32,000 bases of DNA from Rubeoparvulum massiliense (GCF_001049895.1 NZ_CVPE01000006.1:1154836-1186835), one strand, 5' to 3'; positions 9,520-20,004 are shown, numbered from the stretch's first letter. The notes: a model not told the origin generated them from the letters alone. Numbers and translations are program-made.

Positions 9520-10623
9520 TTACAACTCGATTAAATCCTTTGGGAATTGAGTCAATACCTGAGCTCCTGATTGCTGAACAACCACATCATCTTCAATCCG
9601 AACACCACCCCAGCCTGGAAGATAAATCCCCGGCTCAATGGTGAAGACCATCCCCTCCACAACAGGAGAATGATTCAACCCATGAACACTAGGATACTCA
9701 TGGGTTTCCATCCCTAGTCCATGACCTAAGCGATGGGTAAAGTAATCACCATAGCCTGCAGCGCGAATCGTCTCACGAGCGACACCATCCAGTGCAGCCA
9801 ATGTTGTACCTACGCGAACCGCTGCAATTGCCTGCTCCTCTGCCTGACGAACGATGTGATAAACCTGCTTCTGTTTCTCATTGGCTTTACCAATCATGAA
9901 GGTCCTTGTAATATCTGAGTTGTATCCATTAAGGCGTACACCCATATCAATCAGAAGAAATTGACCATCCTCAATGGGAGTAGAGCCTGGTATGCCATGA
10001 GGCAATGCAGCATTAGCTCCGACTAGTACCATGGTCGTAAAGGCCATGGCATCTGCACCCATTCCCTTTGCAAGGTAGTCAATTTCTGCTACCAACTGTC
10101 GTTCACTCATACCGCGAAGGACTCGTTTAATACCTGCTTCTAAAACCTGATCCACCAACTGTGCTGCTGCAGCTAGCTTCTTGATTTCATCTGCGGACTT
10201 AAGCAAACGCAATTGAGCAATACTTTCTGCTACATCTACATAGTGCAGCTGTTGATGGGCTTCTTCTAGCAACTGGCAACGGCTTAATGTAAGCACATCT
10301 TTCTCAACGCCAAGATTAAGTTCACCGGTTACGTTCTGAAACCACCCATGAATCGCCGCTAGCGGTCCTTCTGCATCCGTATATCCAACAATTTTTGCTG
10401 GTATCTGGCAGACCTGATGAGCATGCTCCACTTCAAGTGCTGGAACGATTAAATATAGCCCCTTCTTTTCATTGAGAAAAAGCCCCATAAAGCGCTCATG
10501 GGGATCACTATAGAATCCTGTAAAATAATATACATGCATTGGGTTAACAATGAGTACATCCTGACAATTTAGGCTCTTCAGCTTACTTAGAAGATCATGC
10601 AGTCGTTGTTCAAACATGTTCAA
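9520..10623 (-). CDS. Xaa-Pro peptidase family (M24) protein
   Basis: FLLIDMGVRLNGYNSDITRTF, HRLGHGLGMETHEYP, GMVFTIEPGIY and GGVRIEDDVVV metal-binding motifs. Confidence 0.94.
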   Translation of the reverse strand: MNMFEQRLHDLLSKLKSLNCQDVLIVNPMHVYYFTGFYSDPHERFMGLFLNEKKGLYLIVPALEVEHAHQVCQIPAKIVGYTDAEGPLAAIHGWFQNVTGELNLGVEKDVLTLSRCQLLEEAHQQLHYVDVAESIAQLRLLKSADEIKKLAAAAQLVDQVLEAGIKRVLRGMSERQLVAEIDYLAKGMGADAMAFTTMVLVGANAALPHGIPGSTPIEDGQFLLIDMGVRLNGYNSDITRTFMIGKANEKQKQVYHIVRQAEEQAIAAVRVGTTLAALDGVARETIRAAGYGDYFTHRLGHGLGMETHEYPSVHGLNHSPVVEGMVFTIEPGIYLPGWGGVRIEDDVVVQQSGAQVLTQFPKDLIEL

Positions 10624-10671
10624 TCTCCTTTACCCATTTTCATGCATTCTCTGTTTATCGTTTTTAGTATA

Positions 10672-11853
10672 TCACTTCTTACTTGCCATGAAAGGATAAA
10701 TAGACTGACATCTTATTGTTTCGACGAGCGAATTGGCGATCACTCCCGCATCCCCCCATGATTGCTTTGGACGTTTTTTTGCAATTCCCTGCTCTAGCCA
10801 ACCCACAATTTCCTGCTCCAATTCCTTGAGATGATAAGAAACCTGAATCTGCAATCTCTGTGATAAAAAGTGGCAATTCGCCTCCTCTTGACCTGGTAAA
10901 GGTTTGTAGATGAAAAAGGGGAGACCTTGTGCTAAAACCTCCGCTGATGTTAACCCGCCTGCTTTACTAACAACTGCATCAGCGATGGTCATGAGTTCAT
11001 TCATTTTATTAATATAAGCAAGTGGATGAATATGTGAGACCCCCATTTTTCGGACCTGAACCTGAATCCACTCATATAATCGATGATTGGTACCTGTGAC
11101 AAATAACCACTCAATTTGCTGGGAAAGGCGGATGGCAAGACGGAAAAGTTCTTCCAACATCTTCTCCCCATTTCCTCCTCCTATACATAAAATTGTAGGA
11201 GATGAGGGCTGCAGTCCATAATGTGCGCGAACAGCAGCCCGTTCATCATCAGACAATTCCCTACCATACTCTGGACAGATGGGGATGCCCATTACTTCAA
11301 TCTGACCGTGATACTCTCCATGCCTGTTTAATTTCTGTAACAACTGCTGACGTTGCCAAGGCGTAGGAACATAATAACTATCCACTTCTGGATAGACCCA
11401 ATAAGGATGAACCTGAAAATCCGTAAAAATTGCCGCAAGATGAAAATCATACTTTGCCTGCTGTTTTAGATAGGCTAAAGCACCCAAGGACATAGCATGT
11501 GTACAGCCGATTAATTGAGGCTGATGCTTTTGGATGACCGGTTCTAGCCTTAATGCAAGCCAGCGCGTCCAAACTCCCTCTTTTTCAAAAGACCGAAGAC
11601 GATTCCATCGATGAATCCAGTTCCAAACCTGTGGTGTCTGATTAATGATCATACGATAGGAATAAGAGATGAGATGGGCTAGAGCAGGAGCCACTTCTTC
11701 TAAGGCATAACATATGGGAACATGTAGGGAGTGCTGCTGTTGAATGGCAGCGGCAATATTTTCAGCAGCCTTAAGATGACCCCGACCGGCAATTCGCTCG
11801 GTTAATAACAGGATTCTGCCATCTGAATGATGTTCAAGCTTTTCCTTTAACAT
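10672..11853 (-). CDS. MGDG synthase/UgtP family glycosyltransferase
   Basis: LLLTERIAGRGHLKAAENIAAAI, DFQVHPYWVYPEVDSYYVP, GGGNGEKMLEELFRLA, ADAVVSKAGGLTSAEVLAQGLPF and PLPGQEEAN. Confidence 0.9.
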   Translation of the reverse strand: MLKEKLEHHSDGRILLLTERIAGRGHLKAAENIAAAIQQQHSLHVPICYALEEVAPALAHLISYSYRMIINQTPQVWNWIHRWNRLRSFEKEGVWTRWLALRLEPVIQKHQPQLIGCTHAMSLGALAYLKQQAKYDFHLAAIFTDFQVHPYWVYPEVDSYYVPTPWQRQQLLQKLNRHGEYHGQIEVMGIPICPEYGRELSDDERAAVRAHYGLQPSSPTILCIGGGNGEKMLEELFRLAIRLSQQIEWLFVTGTNHRLYEWIQVQVRKMGVSHIHPLAYINKMNELMTIADAVVSKAGGLTSAEVLAQGLPFFIYKPLPGQEEANCHFLSQRLQIQVSYHLKELEQEIVGWLEQGIAKKRPKQSWGDAGVIANSLVETIRCQSIYPFMASKK

Positions 11854-12418
11854 GAGTCATCCCTTCCTCTAGGTACCTCTCATAGAGCTCCATGCTCGGC
11901 ATAAACAAATACTTCATTGGGTGCTGTAGCTGTCCTTTTTGTCCAGGGACAGTATAAAAATGCATAAGATAGTATAAGAACGTCAACAGGTAATTCTTAT
12001 AACGGAAATAGATTGAATTAGGTACTTTGATACTGCGAAACCCCAGTTTATCGCTCGAACGAGTTAATTTCGTTGTCCCGAAGATGCCAATGATCTCCTC
12101 ATGTTTTGGATGAGTCGCAATAAATTGAGCCAAGCCTGGAAGGGATTGGCGAATAAGCCTGAGAACTCGAATAGCCACCTCCACTTCACTCCTTGCTTCC
12201 TGCAGCTCCCTTGCCAGATAGTAGTTGTGCAAATGAATCTTACAGATCCAATCACCGGAACGAATCATCTGATCATCTGCAAAGATAAGAGAACGACCAC
12301 GATAGCGTTTTATTACAACGCGAAAAATATTCTGATGCTTATCAATATAGGTGAGACGTGTACAAGCGTAGTAAAAGATATCGATGGTATACCAAATACT
12401 TAGTATTAATCGTTTCAT
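11834..12418 (-). CDS. YkoP-like protein of unknown function
   Basis: LTYIDKHQNIFRVVIKRYRGRSLIFADDQMIRSGDWICKIHLHNYYLARELQ resembles the YkoP-type domain. Overlaps the start of the glycosyltransferase gene. Confidence 0.6.
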   Translation of the reverse strand: MKRLILSIWYTIDIFYYACTRLTYIDKHQNIFRVVIKRYRGRSLIFADDQMIRSGDWICKIHLHNYYLARELQEARSEVEVAIRVLRLIRQSLPGLAQFIATHPKHEEIIGIFGTTKLTRSSDKLGFRSIKVPNSIYFRYKNYLLTFLYYLMHFYTVPGQKGQLQHPMKYLFMPSMELYERYLEEGMTHVKGKA

Positions 12419-12555
12419 CCTGATTCCCTCTTTCGATGTTAACGATATACCGATCGTTAGTATGACCCTTTACACTGACCTTAACTCACTATACATGCTT
12501 TACATATTGTAATTTTAATACTATTGCTGTATGATTTAGGTTTAAGGAGCTGGTT

Positions 12556-13179
12556 ATGATGCAAATGAAAAAGGTTAAAAATGGTCTGCGGTTGGGCATC
12601 GATATTGATGGAACGATTACCGATCCCACAACATTTATTCCCTATCTCAATCGTGCTTTTCGCAAAAGACTTACCTTTGATCAGGTGACGGAGTATGATT
12701 TGGCACAGGTCTATGGCATCGATAAAGAGATTATGGATCGCTGGTTCAATCACAATGTAGCCACCATCTATGCCAATTCCCCTCTACTTCCAGAAGCCTA
12801 TCTGCGGTTGAAGGAATGGGAACCCTATCATCAGCTTATTTTCATTAGCGCACGAGATCAAAATCATGCTCCACTGACGAAACGATGGCTTCAACAACAT
12901 CAAATTCCATACGATGACTTAGAATGCATAGGAAGCCACAATAAGATTGAAACGGCAAAAGCACATCAAGTGGATATCTTTTTTGAAGATAAATATGACA
13001 ATGCCGTTGACCTTGCAGAAGCCTTAGATATCCCTGTTTTCCTCTTTGATACACCTTATAATCAAGGACCTCTTCCTAAGCAAGTACAACGCGTCTCTTC
13101 TTGGCATGATGTACAGTTGCCCATGACATTCAATCCACTCCTGCAAGGTCAACCGAAACTAAAAGGACATTCCATGTAG
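12556..13179 (+). CDS. 5'(3')-deoxyribonucleotidase-like HAD protein (NT5C family)
   Basis: LGIDIDGTITDPT (DxDGT) motif, IFISARDQ, and FFEDKYDNAVDLAE. Confidence 0.88.
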   Translation: MMQMKKVKNGLRLGIDIDGTITDPTTFIPYLNRAFRKRLTFDQVTEYDLAQVYGIDKEIMDRWFNHNVATIYANSPLLPEAYLRLKEWEPYHQLIFISARDQNHAPLTKRWLQQHQIPYDDLECIGSHNKIETAKAHQVDIFFEDKYDNAVDLAEALDIPVFLFDTPYNQGPLPKQVQRVSSWHDVQLPMTFNPLLQGQPKLKGHSM

Positions 13180-13200
13180 GAATGTCCCTTATTTTTTATT
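13165..13200 (+). terminator. Rho-independent terminator; the gene's stop codon lies in the loop
   Basis: GGACATTCC-ATGTA-GGAATGTCC followed by CTTATTTTTTATT. The stop TAG is at 13177-13179. Confidence 0.88.
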
Positions 13201-13414
13201 GACTTTCTTTTTTTCGGAAGGTTTCACAAAGCGTTCCGCGGTTATTCACAGCATGCCCCTTATCAAGGTTCTGCTGATCCATATCATTCGCAAATTCTGT
13301 CTTAAAATAGCTATTGGTATGATCATCAACCTTTACCATAATTGCATCCGCAGCACAATGATTCCCTTCTGCCCAGTAGTGACAGTTCGAAACACTACAT
13401 TTTACATCTGGCAT
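13196..13414 (-). CDS. DUF1540 domain-containing protein
   Basis: MPDVKCSVSNCHYWAEGNHCAADAIMV with Cys-rich DUF1540 spacing and a C-terminal Cys. Confidence 0.9.
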   Translation of the reverse strand: MPDVKCSVSNCHYWAEGNHCAADAIMVKVDDHTNSYFKTEFANDMDQQNLDKGHAVNNRGTLCETFRKKESQ

Positions 13415-13461
13415 TTGCTCACCCCCTTATAGGGTAGCATTGACGAAAAAGGGGTAAAATA

Positions 13462-14097
13462 TTAATCGTTCAGCTGGAAGATCCCCTCTTCGACAGTGAA
13501 AGGTGTACCTGATTGAACAGGCTCAGTAAGTACCATGATCCCACGTTCTTGAGGTGCATCTGCAATGCCCAATTCCCGTGCAGAGCAAATCATCCCATGA
13601 GAAGGAACACCACGTAGCTTTGCTTTTTTGATCTTCATTCCATCTGGCATCACAGCACCTACTAGCGCCACTGCCACATATTGATCCTGCTCTACATTCG
13701 GTGCACCACAGACGATCTGTAGTGCTTCTTCTTCACCAACATCGACCTGACAAACATGGAGATGATCTGAATCAGGATGCTGCTCACATTGAAGCACATG
13801 ACCAATCACGAAGAAATGCTGATTCTCTTCTTCTAAGGTCCATTTAATCCCTGCTTCGCGGATCAATGCATTGGCCTTTTCTAATAATTGGCTTGTAACA
13901 GGGATATTCCCCTTTTGCTCCAATTGAAAATATTGACTGGCTTCAAAAATATTAAAGCCCACTGGATTTCCATTCTGTAATAGGCGAATCACTGCCACAT
14001 TATCCACACGTTTACATGTAACTTCATGGGGGAGGGCTTCCTCGAGGGAAACACATAATACATCGCCAATTCCGTCTGGATTATAAAAAAAATGCAT
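13462..14097 (-). CDS. ytpR: YtpR family tRNA-binding (EMAP/OB) domain protein
   Basis: [43 protein letters not shown] and [26 protein letters not shown]. The ATG at 14097 follows AAAGGGG. Confidence 0.93.
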   Translation of the reverse strand: MHFFYNPDGIGDVLCVSLEEALPHEVTCKRVDNVAVIRLLQNGNPVGFNIFEASQYFQLEQKGNIPVTSQLLEKANALIREAGIKWTLEEENQHFFVIGHVLQCEQHPDSDHLHVCQVDVGEEEALQIVCGAPNVEQDQYVAVALVGAVMPDGMKIKKAKLRGVPSHGMICSARELGIADAPQERGIMVLTEPVQSGTPFTVEEGIFQLND

Positions 14098-14195
14098 ACC
14101 ATAAACCCCTTTCCGCTCCTGGTCTTTATTAACTTCATTATGGTAGCACACTCTTTGTAAAAGACCAAGTCCTGAATCAGAGGAGCATGGAAGGA

Positions 14196-14936
14196 TTAGA
14201 GGTTTACACCGCCATCTACAGAAAGCACAGCTCCATTCACATAACTGGCTTCCTCGCTAGCCAAATAGACAAAAGCATTGGCAATGTCTTCGACCTCCCC
14301 AAGTCGCTGGAGGGGAACACGTTCCTTCATCATGGTTAATACTTTCTCTGGCATCTTCTCTGTCATGGCTGTTCGTATGAAGCCTGGCGCAACGGCATTG
14401 GCCGTAATCCCCTTCCGGCCTAATTCCTTCGCCCAAGTCTTCGTCATTGCAATGACACCTGCCTTCGTAGCTGCATAATTCGTCTGCCCAAAGTTCCCAT
14501 ATAGGCCCACAACAGAAGAAGTACTAAGAATTCGTCCATATCCTTGTTCAATCATATGAGGAATGACCGCACGGGTACAAGCAAAGACCCCCGTCAAATT
14601 AATATCAATCACACGTTGCCACGCTTCATCACTCATCTTAGCTAAGGTAGCATCTGCTGTAATGCCTGCATTATTGATCAGAATATCAATGCGGCCATAA
14701 TGCTCATGCACCTGCGCAACCATCGTTTCAATCTCTTGAGTATGACGAACATCTGCAACAAAGAATTGCACATCTCCCGCAGTTTGGAGCTGCTGTAGAG
14801 CTGCTTCTCCCTCTTCCTGCCGAATATCGATGATGGCTACCTTGGCTCCTTCCTGTAAGAAACGGCGAGCTGTTGCAAATCCAATACCACTTGCTCCCCC
14901 TGTGATAATGGCGACACGATCTTGTAATCGCTTCAT
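14196..14936 (-). CDS. fabG: 3-oxoacyl-[acyl-carrier-protein] reductase, SDR family
   Basis: [42 protein letters not shown], and a C-terminal [12 protein letters not shown]. Confidence 0.93.
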   Translation of the reverse strand: MKRLQDRVAIITGGASGIGFATARRFLQEGAKVAIIDIRQEEGEAALQQLQTAGDVQFFVADVRHTQEIETMVAQVHEHYGRIDILINNAGITADATLAKMSDEAWQRVIDINLTGVFACTRAVIPHMIEQGYGRILSTSSVVGLYGNFGQTNYAATKAGVIAMTKTWAKELGRKGITANAVAPGFIRTAMTEKMPEKVLTMMKERVPLQRLGEVEDIANAFVYLASEEASYVNGAVLSVDGGVNL

Positions 14937-15055
14937 CTCCGATCTTCCTTTCTCACCATATGCTCATTTCCTTGCTCTTCACATTATTATAGAAAGGCAA
15001 GTTACATGGAGGTTACGTACATGGCCATGCTTGATGAAAGGCAGAGGAGAGAAGT

Positions 15056-15084
15056 TAAAAAACCGACGATTTATATCGCCGGTT
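15056..15084 (-). terminator. Rho-independent terminator of the ezrA-like gene
   Basis: AACCGGCGA-TATAAA-TCGTCGGTT followed by TTTT on the minus strand (one G-U pair). Confidence 0.85.
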
Positions 15085-15091
15085 TTCATCA

Positions 15092-17314
15092 TCAATCTGA
15101 TTCATATCGTTCAAGTATACGATTCACAAACTCAATGGCCTGATTAAACTCCGCCAGACGAAATGAGTTCTCTGCTTCCTTTAGTAAAGCCTCTGCTTCT
15201 GGATCATTACGATAACGATATGCGTACTGAATAACATTCTCTGCTTCCTCACACGCTGTGATTGTCTCAATACTTTTTTCTTCAACGAGATATACCTGCT
15301 TCTCCAATTCATCGAGCTGTTGTTGAACAGCCAGCACATCGAATGGTTCTTCTATGAGCTTTTCGTCCGCTTCATCGAGCATCAACCCTGCGATCTCTAA
15401 AGCACTCACAAGATCACCAGGAAGTGCTGGTAGGTTTGTACGCCGCAATTGATTTTCAAGCTTGATTAAACGGCGATACAACTGCTCCATTCTATCTAAG
15501 GATTCATCTTCACTTTGTTGGTAGTAATGGAGCTTGGCAACCCATTCTTCACATAGTTCCACCTGTTTTTGAAGTTCCTCTTCGATCGTTAGCAGCTCCT
15601 GGTAAAGGGAGTTATAGATCGGTGCCTTCCCCTTCATCTTCCCTTCGATCTGCACGATCTTCTCCTCCATCTCTTCTTGAATCTGAGGGAGATTCGCCAT
15701 CGCTTGGCTGGCAACCGCTTCATCATCTTGGAGACGGTAATGCTGCTTCACATCGAACAGGAGGTGCTCCACTTCCGTTTGCTTCTCTTGTAAAGTATGG
15801 ATAGATGAATGAATTCGTTGGAGGGCCTGACCCGTTCTTTCTTTGGCACTGACCTCCTCCTCCAGATGTTGAAACATCTTATCTAGCTGTTGCTTCAACT
15901 CTTGAACTTGGGGGATCATGTCCCGAATATTGCCTTCGTGAAATTGTGTCAGCATCAGTGCCCAATTTTTACGAACTTGTTCGATCTCTTCATAGAACCC
16001 TACTTCTCGTAACGCAAAACCATGCACTTCCATTTCATTGGCGAACTGCGTCAATTGATCCAGATCATTCGGGATGGTTACCTCCATCTCTTCAGAAATA
16101 TGTGGAATCAACGAGGTGAACGACTTTAGCTTTTCCACGATGGATTCGATTTCGTCAAGAATTGGGGTCGCTTCAGCCATCCTTTCTTCTTTCGCCAGCG
16201 TCTGTAGTTCCTCGCGTAGCTCATGCAGCTGTTTCCATTCTTCTTGAATGGAATCCATGACGAGCTTACCGTCATTCACATATACCAGTAATTCCTGTTG
16301 AATCTGTACTACAATCCGCTCTACTTCAATGGCACGATCCTGAACATTCTCCGTTTGATCAATCCAATCCTGCCAGTCCTCCACCATTTGTATGGCCTGC
16401 TGCTCAACTTGATCCATGAGCTGATCAGCATCCATCATCATCTGTTTGGCTCGAATAAAATGGAGATGACTGATCTCCTCTTCAATCTCAAATAGATTCA
16501 TCTCAAAATTAGGTAGATGCTCCTCAGCCATCTTCTTCCATGACTGTTTAATCTCTTGGATCCGCCTTTGTTGTTCAATGGATAATCCTGCTATCCCTGG
16601 AATGCCTGTATAGTTGGTTAATCTCTCCTCCAAATCTAGTTTGATCGTTGAAAGATCCTCCACCATTCTCAACATGCGGTGACGCATCCAATAAATATAT
16701 GCAAGGGCTAGGGCTGCCAAAATCGTCAGACCTAAGATTAATTTAAGCCAAAAGGGCATCCCTAAGACATTAGCATCCTCATTCTGTTCTGCTTTCTTAT
16801 CGACGATGGAAGACTCCAGCGTAGCCTGACGATGGCGTGCTGTGGTAATCTCACCATCGATCGAGTCAATAAAGGTACTAATACCTTCCAAATGCATATT
16901 ATGTTCTGCATTCGGTACAATTAACGTATTGATTTTTTGAGTGATCAGTTTTCCATCGATCCCCAACTCAATCAATGCTTTACCTGGCTTTGCCACGATC
17001 TCCCCTGTTTCCATGGCCATTACTAGTAATAGTCCGTCATCAGGGATCTTCAGTTCATCAAATAATTGATTGGTATATTCTTGTGTAGTCATGGAATCCG
17101 CCTTCGATAGAATCACAACTCGGAAGGCTGCAGCCTTACTTTGAATATTCTGAGTTAATGACTCAATCTGCTGACGGATAAAGTAGTTCTCTTCATCGAT
17201 GACAAGAGCATCTTTATCCTTTGGAAAACCAACAGCTCCTACCGTCAAGGTAAAGACCAGAGAGTATATGAGTATGAGAATCCATGTTCGTTTGATCGTT
17301 GCCGCTTCTGACAT
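15092..17314 (-). CDS. ezrA: EzrA-like septation ring regulator with an N-terminal extracytoplasmic TPM-like domain
   Basis: N-terminal TM, TPM-like segment (RVVILSKADSMTTQEYTNQLFDELKIPDDGLLLVMAMETGEIVAKPG), second TM (WLKLILGLTILAALALAYIYW), then an EzrA-type coiled coil (LPNFEMNLFEIEEEISHLHFIRAKQMMMDADQLMDQVE...). Sits next to refZ, ytrP-like and rpsD genes as in B. subtilis. The ATG at 17314 follows AAAGGAGA. Confidence 0.82.
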   Translation of the reverse strand: MSEAATIKRTWILILIYSLVFTLTVGAVGFPKDKDALVIDEENYFIRQQIESLTQNIQSKAAAFRVVILSKADSMTTQEYTNQLFDELKIPDDGLLLVMAMETGEIVAKPGKALIELGIDGKLITQKINTLIVPNAEHNMHLEGISTFIDSIDGEITTARHRQATLESSIVDKKAEQNEDANVLGMPFWLKLILGLTILAALALAYIYWMRHRMLRMVEDLSTIKLDLEERLTNYTGIPGIAGLSIEQQRRIQEIKQSWKKMAEEHLPNFEMNLFEIEEEISHLHFIRAKQMMMDADQLMDQVEQQAIQMVEDWQDWIDQTENVQDRAIEVERIVVQIQQELLVYVNDGKLVMDSIQEEWKQLHELREELQTLAKEERMAEATPILDEIESIVEKLKSFTSLIPHISEEMEVTIPNDLDQLTQFANEMEVHGFALREVGFYEEIEQVRKNWALMLTQFHEGNIRDMIPQVQELKQQLDKMFQHLEEEVSAKERTGQALQRIHSSIHTLQEKQTEVEHLLFDVKQHYRLQDDEAVASQAMANLPQIQEEMEEKIVQIEGKMKGKAPIYNSLYQELLTIEEELQKQVELCEEWVAKLHYYQQSEDESLDRMEQLYRRLIKLENQLRRTNLPALPGDLVSALEIAGLMLDEADEKLIEEPFDVLAVQQQLDELEKQVYLVEEKSIETITACEEAENVIQYAYRYRNDPEAEALLKEAENSFRLAEFNQAIEFVNRILERYESD

Positions 17315-17489
17315 CTTGACGTCTCCTTTTTCTTTCATCATCCATATCACGCACAAGAAACACTATCTCTATTATTTCATCATCTCCCTGCTATCTTCCT
17401 GCCTTCTTCGTCAAAATCTATGTATTCTATCACTTTTTCGACATTTTTACCTGATCTGAATTAAAGCAGATCAGGTTCAATTCCTTATC

Positions 17490-18116
17490 CTATAAGGAAG
17501 GGTGCACTAAAGCATAGACTGCATACTCCGTTTCCTCAAGGAGCTGTTGCTGAAAGCTAGGAGAATGTGTGGGAAGATGATAAACTTCCTGCATCACTTG
17601 GAGATTGAGATAGGGCATTGTTATTAGACTCTGTATTTGCAAAGCAGTTACTTCAAGAGAAACGATCTGAAATTCTCCCTGAGATACTCCCCATTCTAGT
17701 AAAGTTACAAGATAGTACTTCTGCTTTGCAAGATAGGTACTCATTACCTCACGCATCAATGTGGAATCAACGGAAAGCTCTCGATGTACGAGGAGTGTTA
17801 CCTCTTGATTCTCCTGATAATACTGCATCAAGGCACGGAGATAGCGAAGTAAATAAGGAAGTACCTCCTCATGTTCATCTACTTCTTGAGGAAAGACCTC
17901 CCTGCTCGTTTGGAGAATGCCTTCGTAGAATTGGATGAATAATGATTCCAGGATACCTTGTTTATTTTTAAAATAGTAGGAAATTAAGGCGATATTAACA
18001 TCAGCACGTTCAGCAATCTGACGTACACTGGTTCCATGATACCCCTGATATTTGAACAGAGAAATAGCAGCATTAGTAATTGCTAGCTTCGTTTGGTCAC
18101 CTTTTTTACCCATCAT
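17490..18116 (-). CDS. refZ: TetR-family DNA-binding protein RefZ
   Basis: TKLAITNAAISLFKYQGYHGTSVRQIAERADVNIALISYYFKNKQGILESLF HTH. It is adjacent to the ezrA-like gene as in B. subtilis. Confidence 0.88.
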   Translation of the reverse strand: MMGKKGDQTKLAITNAAISLFKYQGYHGTSVRQIAERADVNIALISYYFKNKQGILESLFIQFYEGILQTSREVFPQEVDEHEEVLPYLLRYLRALMQYYQENQEVTLLVHRELSVDSTLMREVMSTYLAKQKYYLVTLLEWGVSQGEFQIVSLEVTALQIQSLITMPYLNLQVMQEVYHLPTHSPSFQQQLLEETEYAVYALVHPSL

Positions 18117-18231
18117 TCTACCCTCGTTTCAACAGCAGATCGTATGGACATTTTCATCTTTATTATTGACGATGTTGCTCTTAACTGCAAGGAGCGGAGT
18201 GATAACAATCGATGAATAAAGAAGACTTGAA

Positions 18232-18256
18232 AAAGTCCTGCCCTAGGCAAGACTTT
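18232..18256 (-). terminator. Rho-independent terminator of the AtuA gene pair
   Basis: AAAGTCTTGCC-TAG-GGCAGGACTTT followed by TT on the minus strand (one wobble pair). T's are present on both strands. Confidence 0.8.
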
Positions 18257-18270
18257 TTTGCACTGACTAT

Positions 18271-18633
18271 TTATCTTGTGTAGTGAGGGACTAAATGCTC
18301 TTCTGTACATAACTCCTCTGGAATCTCGATGACAAGCCGCAAAAGGATGGAGCCAAATGATTTTCCTAAGTTATCACTACGAAGTGAGGAGGCTGCTCCT
18401 CCGCCTAATGCTTCCTCTAAGATAAATTTTAATCCTAGCACATTAGGAACCTCATAGCGAGTAACCGGTCCCTGCACCAATGGAGAGAAATGCTCCTTGA
18501 CTCGGTTCGCTGTAACCTCTCGAACAAAGATCTCATACATTTCTGGGGTACGTGCAAAGAGTCCAATATCACAGGTGTTCCCTTTATCTCCGGAGCGAAC
18601 ATACGCCAGATCCCGTAATCGTAATTGCGCCAT
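18271..18633 (-). CDS. AtuA C-terminal-like small domain protein
   Basis: LRDLAYVRSGDKGNTCDIGLFARTPEMY matches the AtuA C-terminal domain. Adjacent to the AtuA gene. Confidence 0.85.
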   Translation of the reverse strand: MAQLRLRDLAYVRSGDKGNTCDIGLFARTPEMYEIFVREVTANRVKEHFSPLVQGPVTRYEVPNVLGLKFILEEALGGGAASSLRSDNLGKSFGSILLRLVIEIPEELCTEEHLVPHYTR

Positions 18634-18636
18634 CCC

Positions 18637-20004
18637 TTACACCTCCACCACATCATGAACTACTCTCGTCTCAACCCATTCCCGTGGAATTAATGCAGAA
18701 GCTAATTGACTTAGTGCTCGGGCAGACCACATACTGGACAATCCTCCAATAAACGGTGGACCATTTAATGCTAAGGGCGGAAAGAGGCGACCAAAGCGTT
18801 CAGCATCCTCTTTCCTTTCTGTTTTTACGGCAACACGCAGATAACACTCATTCAATTCCTCCTCGTTCACCCCGTGAGCCAATGGCCCATGTAATGAATT
18901 AAGGCCTAGAAACTCATGATGAAAGGCTTGGAGTGGAATTTGCTGCAGTTGGGTCTGCTTCTGGATAATTTGGAGAACTTTTTCACACTTGGCTTTGGCA
19001 TCCGGCCAGGAGTAGCCCACCATTCCTTGACCCATGTAGCCATCAGAGATGCCCATCACCGCTTTGAGTGTTGGTGGTGCTGCTGTTCCACGTGCGCCAA
19101 GGATTCGAACCTGATTCTCCCCTTCTTGGTGAAAAGCGACTTGGGAAAAGTCACAGGTCACATCTGGGGTAAGGTATTCCGCGGGATTGTGAAGCTCATA
19201 GAGGAATTGTTCCCGTACTGTCTCAACACTCACACGTCCCCCTGTCTGAGGGGGTTTCGTTAATAATGCGGAACCATCCTCAGACACTTCGCATAAGGGA
19301 TAACCAATCTCCTCATAGCCCTCAATGTTCCACCAATCCCCGCTGAAATTCCCTCCTGTAGATTGGGCAGAGCATTCCATCAGATGACCTAATAGGACGC
19401 CCTGCGCTAGCTTATCCCAATCATCAGGCCTCCACTTCAGTTCATAGATCATCGGGGCTAAAAATTGTGCAGAATCTGTTGTCCGACCAGTAATCACGAT
19501 ATCTGCTCCTGCTTCAAGGCAGCGAACAATGGGAGTCGCGCCTAAATAAGCATTGGCAAACAACAACCGCTCTGTATAGGCTTGTGAGTTGAGGGTTTCT
19601 CCATTACACCGCCATTTCACACCCTTTTCACCTAATTCATGGAGGAATGGAACCAAATTGTCCCCCGTAGCAATGCCGATACGTAGATCATGAATTCCTA
19701 GTTCACGGGCGATCTGTACAGCCAAATCTCTGGCACCAACAGGATTGATTCCTCCGGCGTTGGTAATTAATTTGATCCCCTTCTCCTTCACATAGGGAAG
19801 CAAAGTACGCAAGGTCACTGCAAAATCCTTTGGAAAACCACCTCGTGGATTTTTCTTCGCATCCTTATGCAGAATGGCCATGGTCAACTCTGCAAGGGTG
19901 TCGAAGCAGATATATTGAACATCCCCATACCTTGCCATTCGTAGTGCTCCATCTACTGTATCCCCATAAAAACCCTGCCCTGCACCAATTCGTATTGACT
20001 TCAT
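18637..20004 (-). CDS. Acyclic terpene utilisation AtuA family (DUF1446) protein
   Basis: IRIGAGQGFYGD, NAGGINP, ITGRTTDSAQFLAPMIYE, LMECSAQSTGGNFSG, and GYPLCEV. Confidence 0.9.
   Translation of the reverse strand: MKSIRIGAGQGFYGDTVDGALRMARYGDVQYICFDTLAELTMAILHKDAKKNPRGGFPKDFAVTLRTLLPYVKEKGIKLITNAGGINPVGARDLAVQIARELGIHDLRIGIATGDNLVPFLHELGEKGVKWRCNGETLNSQAYTERLLFANAYLGATPIVRCLEAGADIVITGRTTDSAQFLAPMIYELKWRPDDWDKLAQGVLLGHLMECSAQSTGGNFSGDWWNIEGYEEIGYPLCEVSEDGSALLTKPPQTGGRVSVETVREQFLYELHNPAEYLTPDVTCDFSQVAFHQEGENQVRILGARGTAAPPTLKAVMGISDGYMGQGMVGYSWPDAKAKCEKVLQIIQKQTQLQQIPLQAFHHEFLGLNSLHGPLAHGVNEEELNECYLRVAVKTERKEDAERFGRLFPPLALNGPPFIGGLSSMWSARALSQLASALIPREWVETRVVHDVVEV

Noticed and set aside
15622-16495. 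Plus-strand ORFs inside the ezrA-like gene
   Set aside because: Antisense shadow ORFs of a coding coiled-coil region.
17450-17477. Perfect hairpin ACCTGATCTG...CAGATCAGGT downstream of refZ
   Set aside because: Probably the refZ transcript end, but there is no clear T-run on either strand, so I did not list it as a firm terminator.
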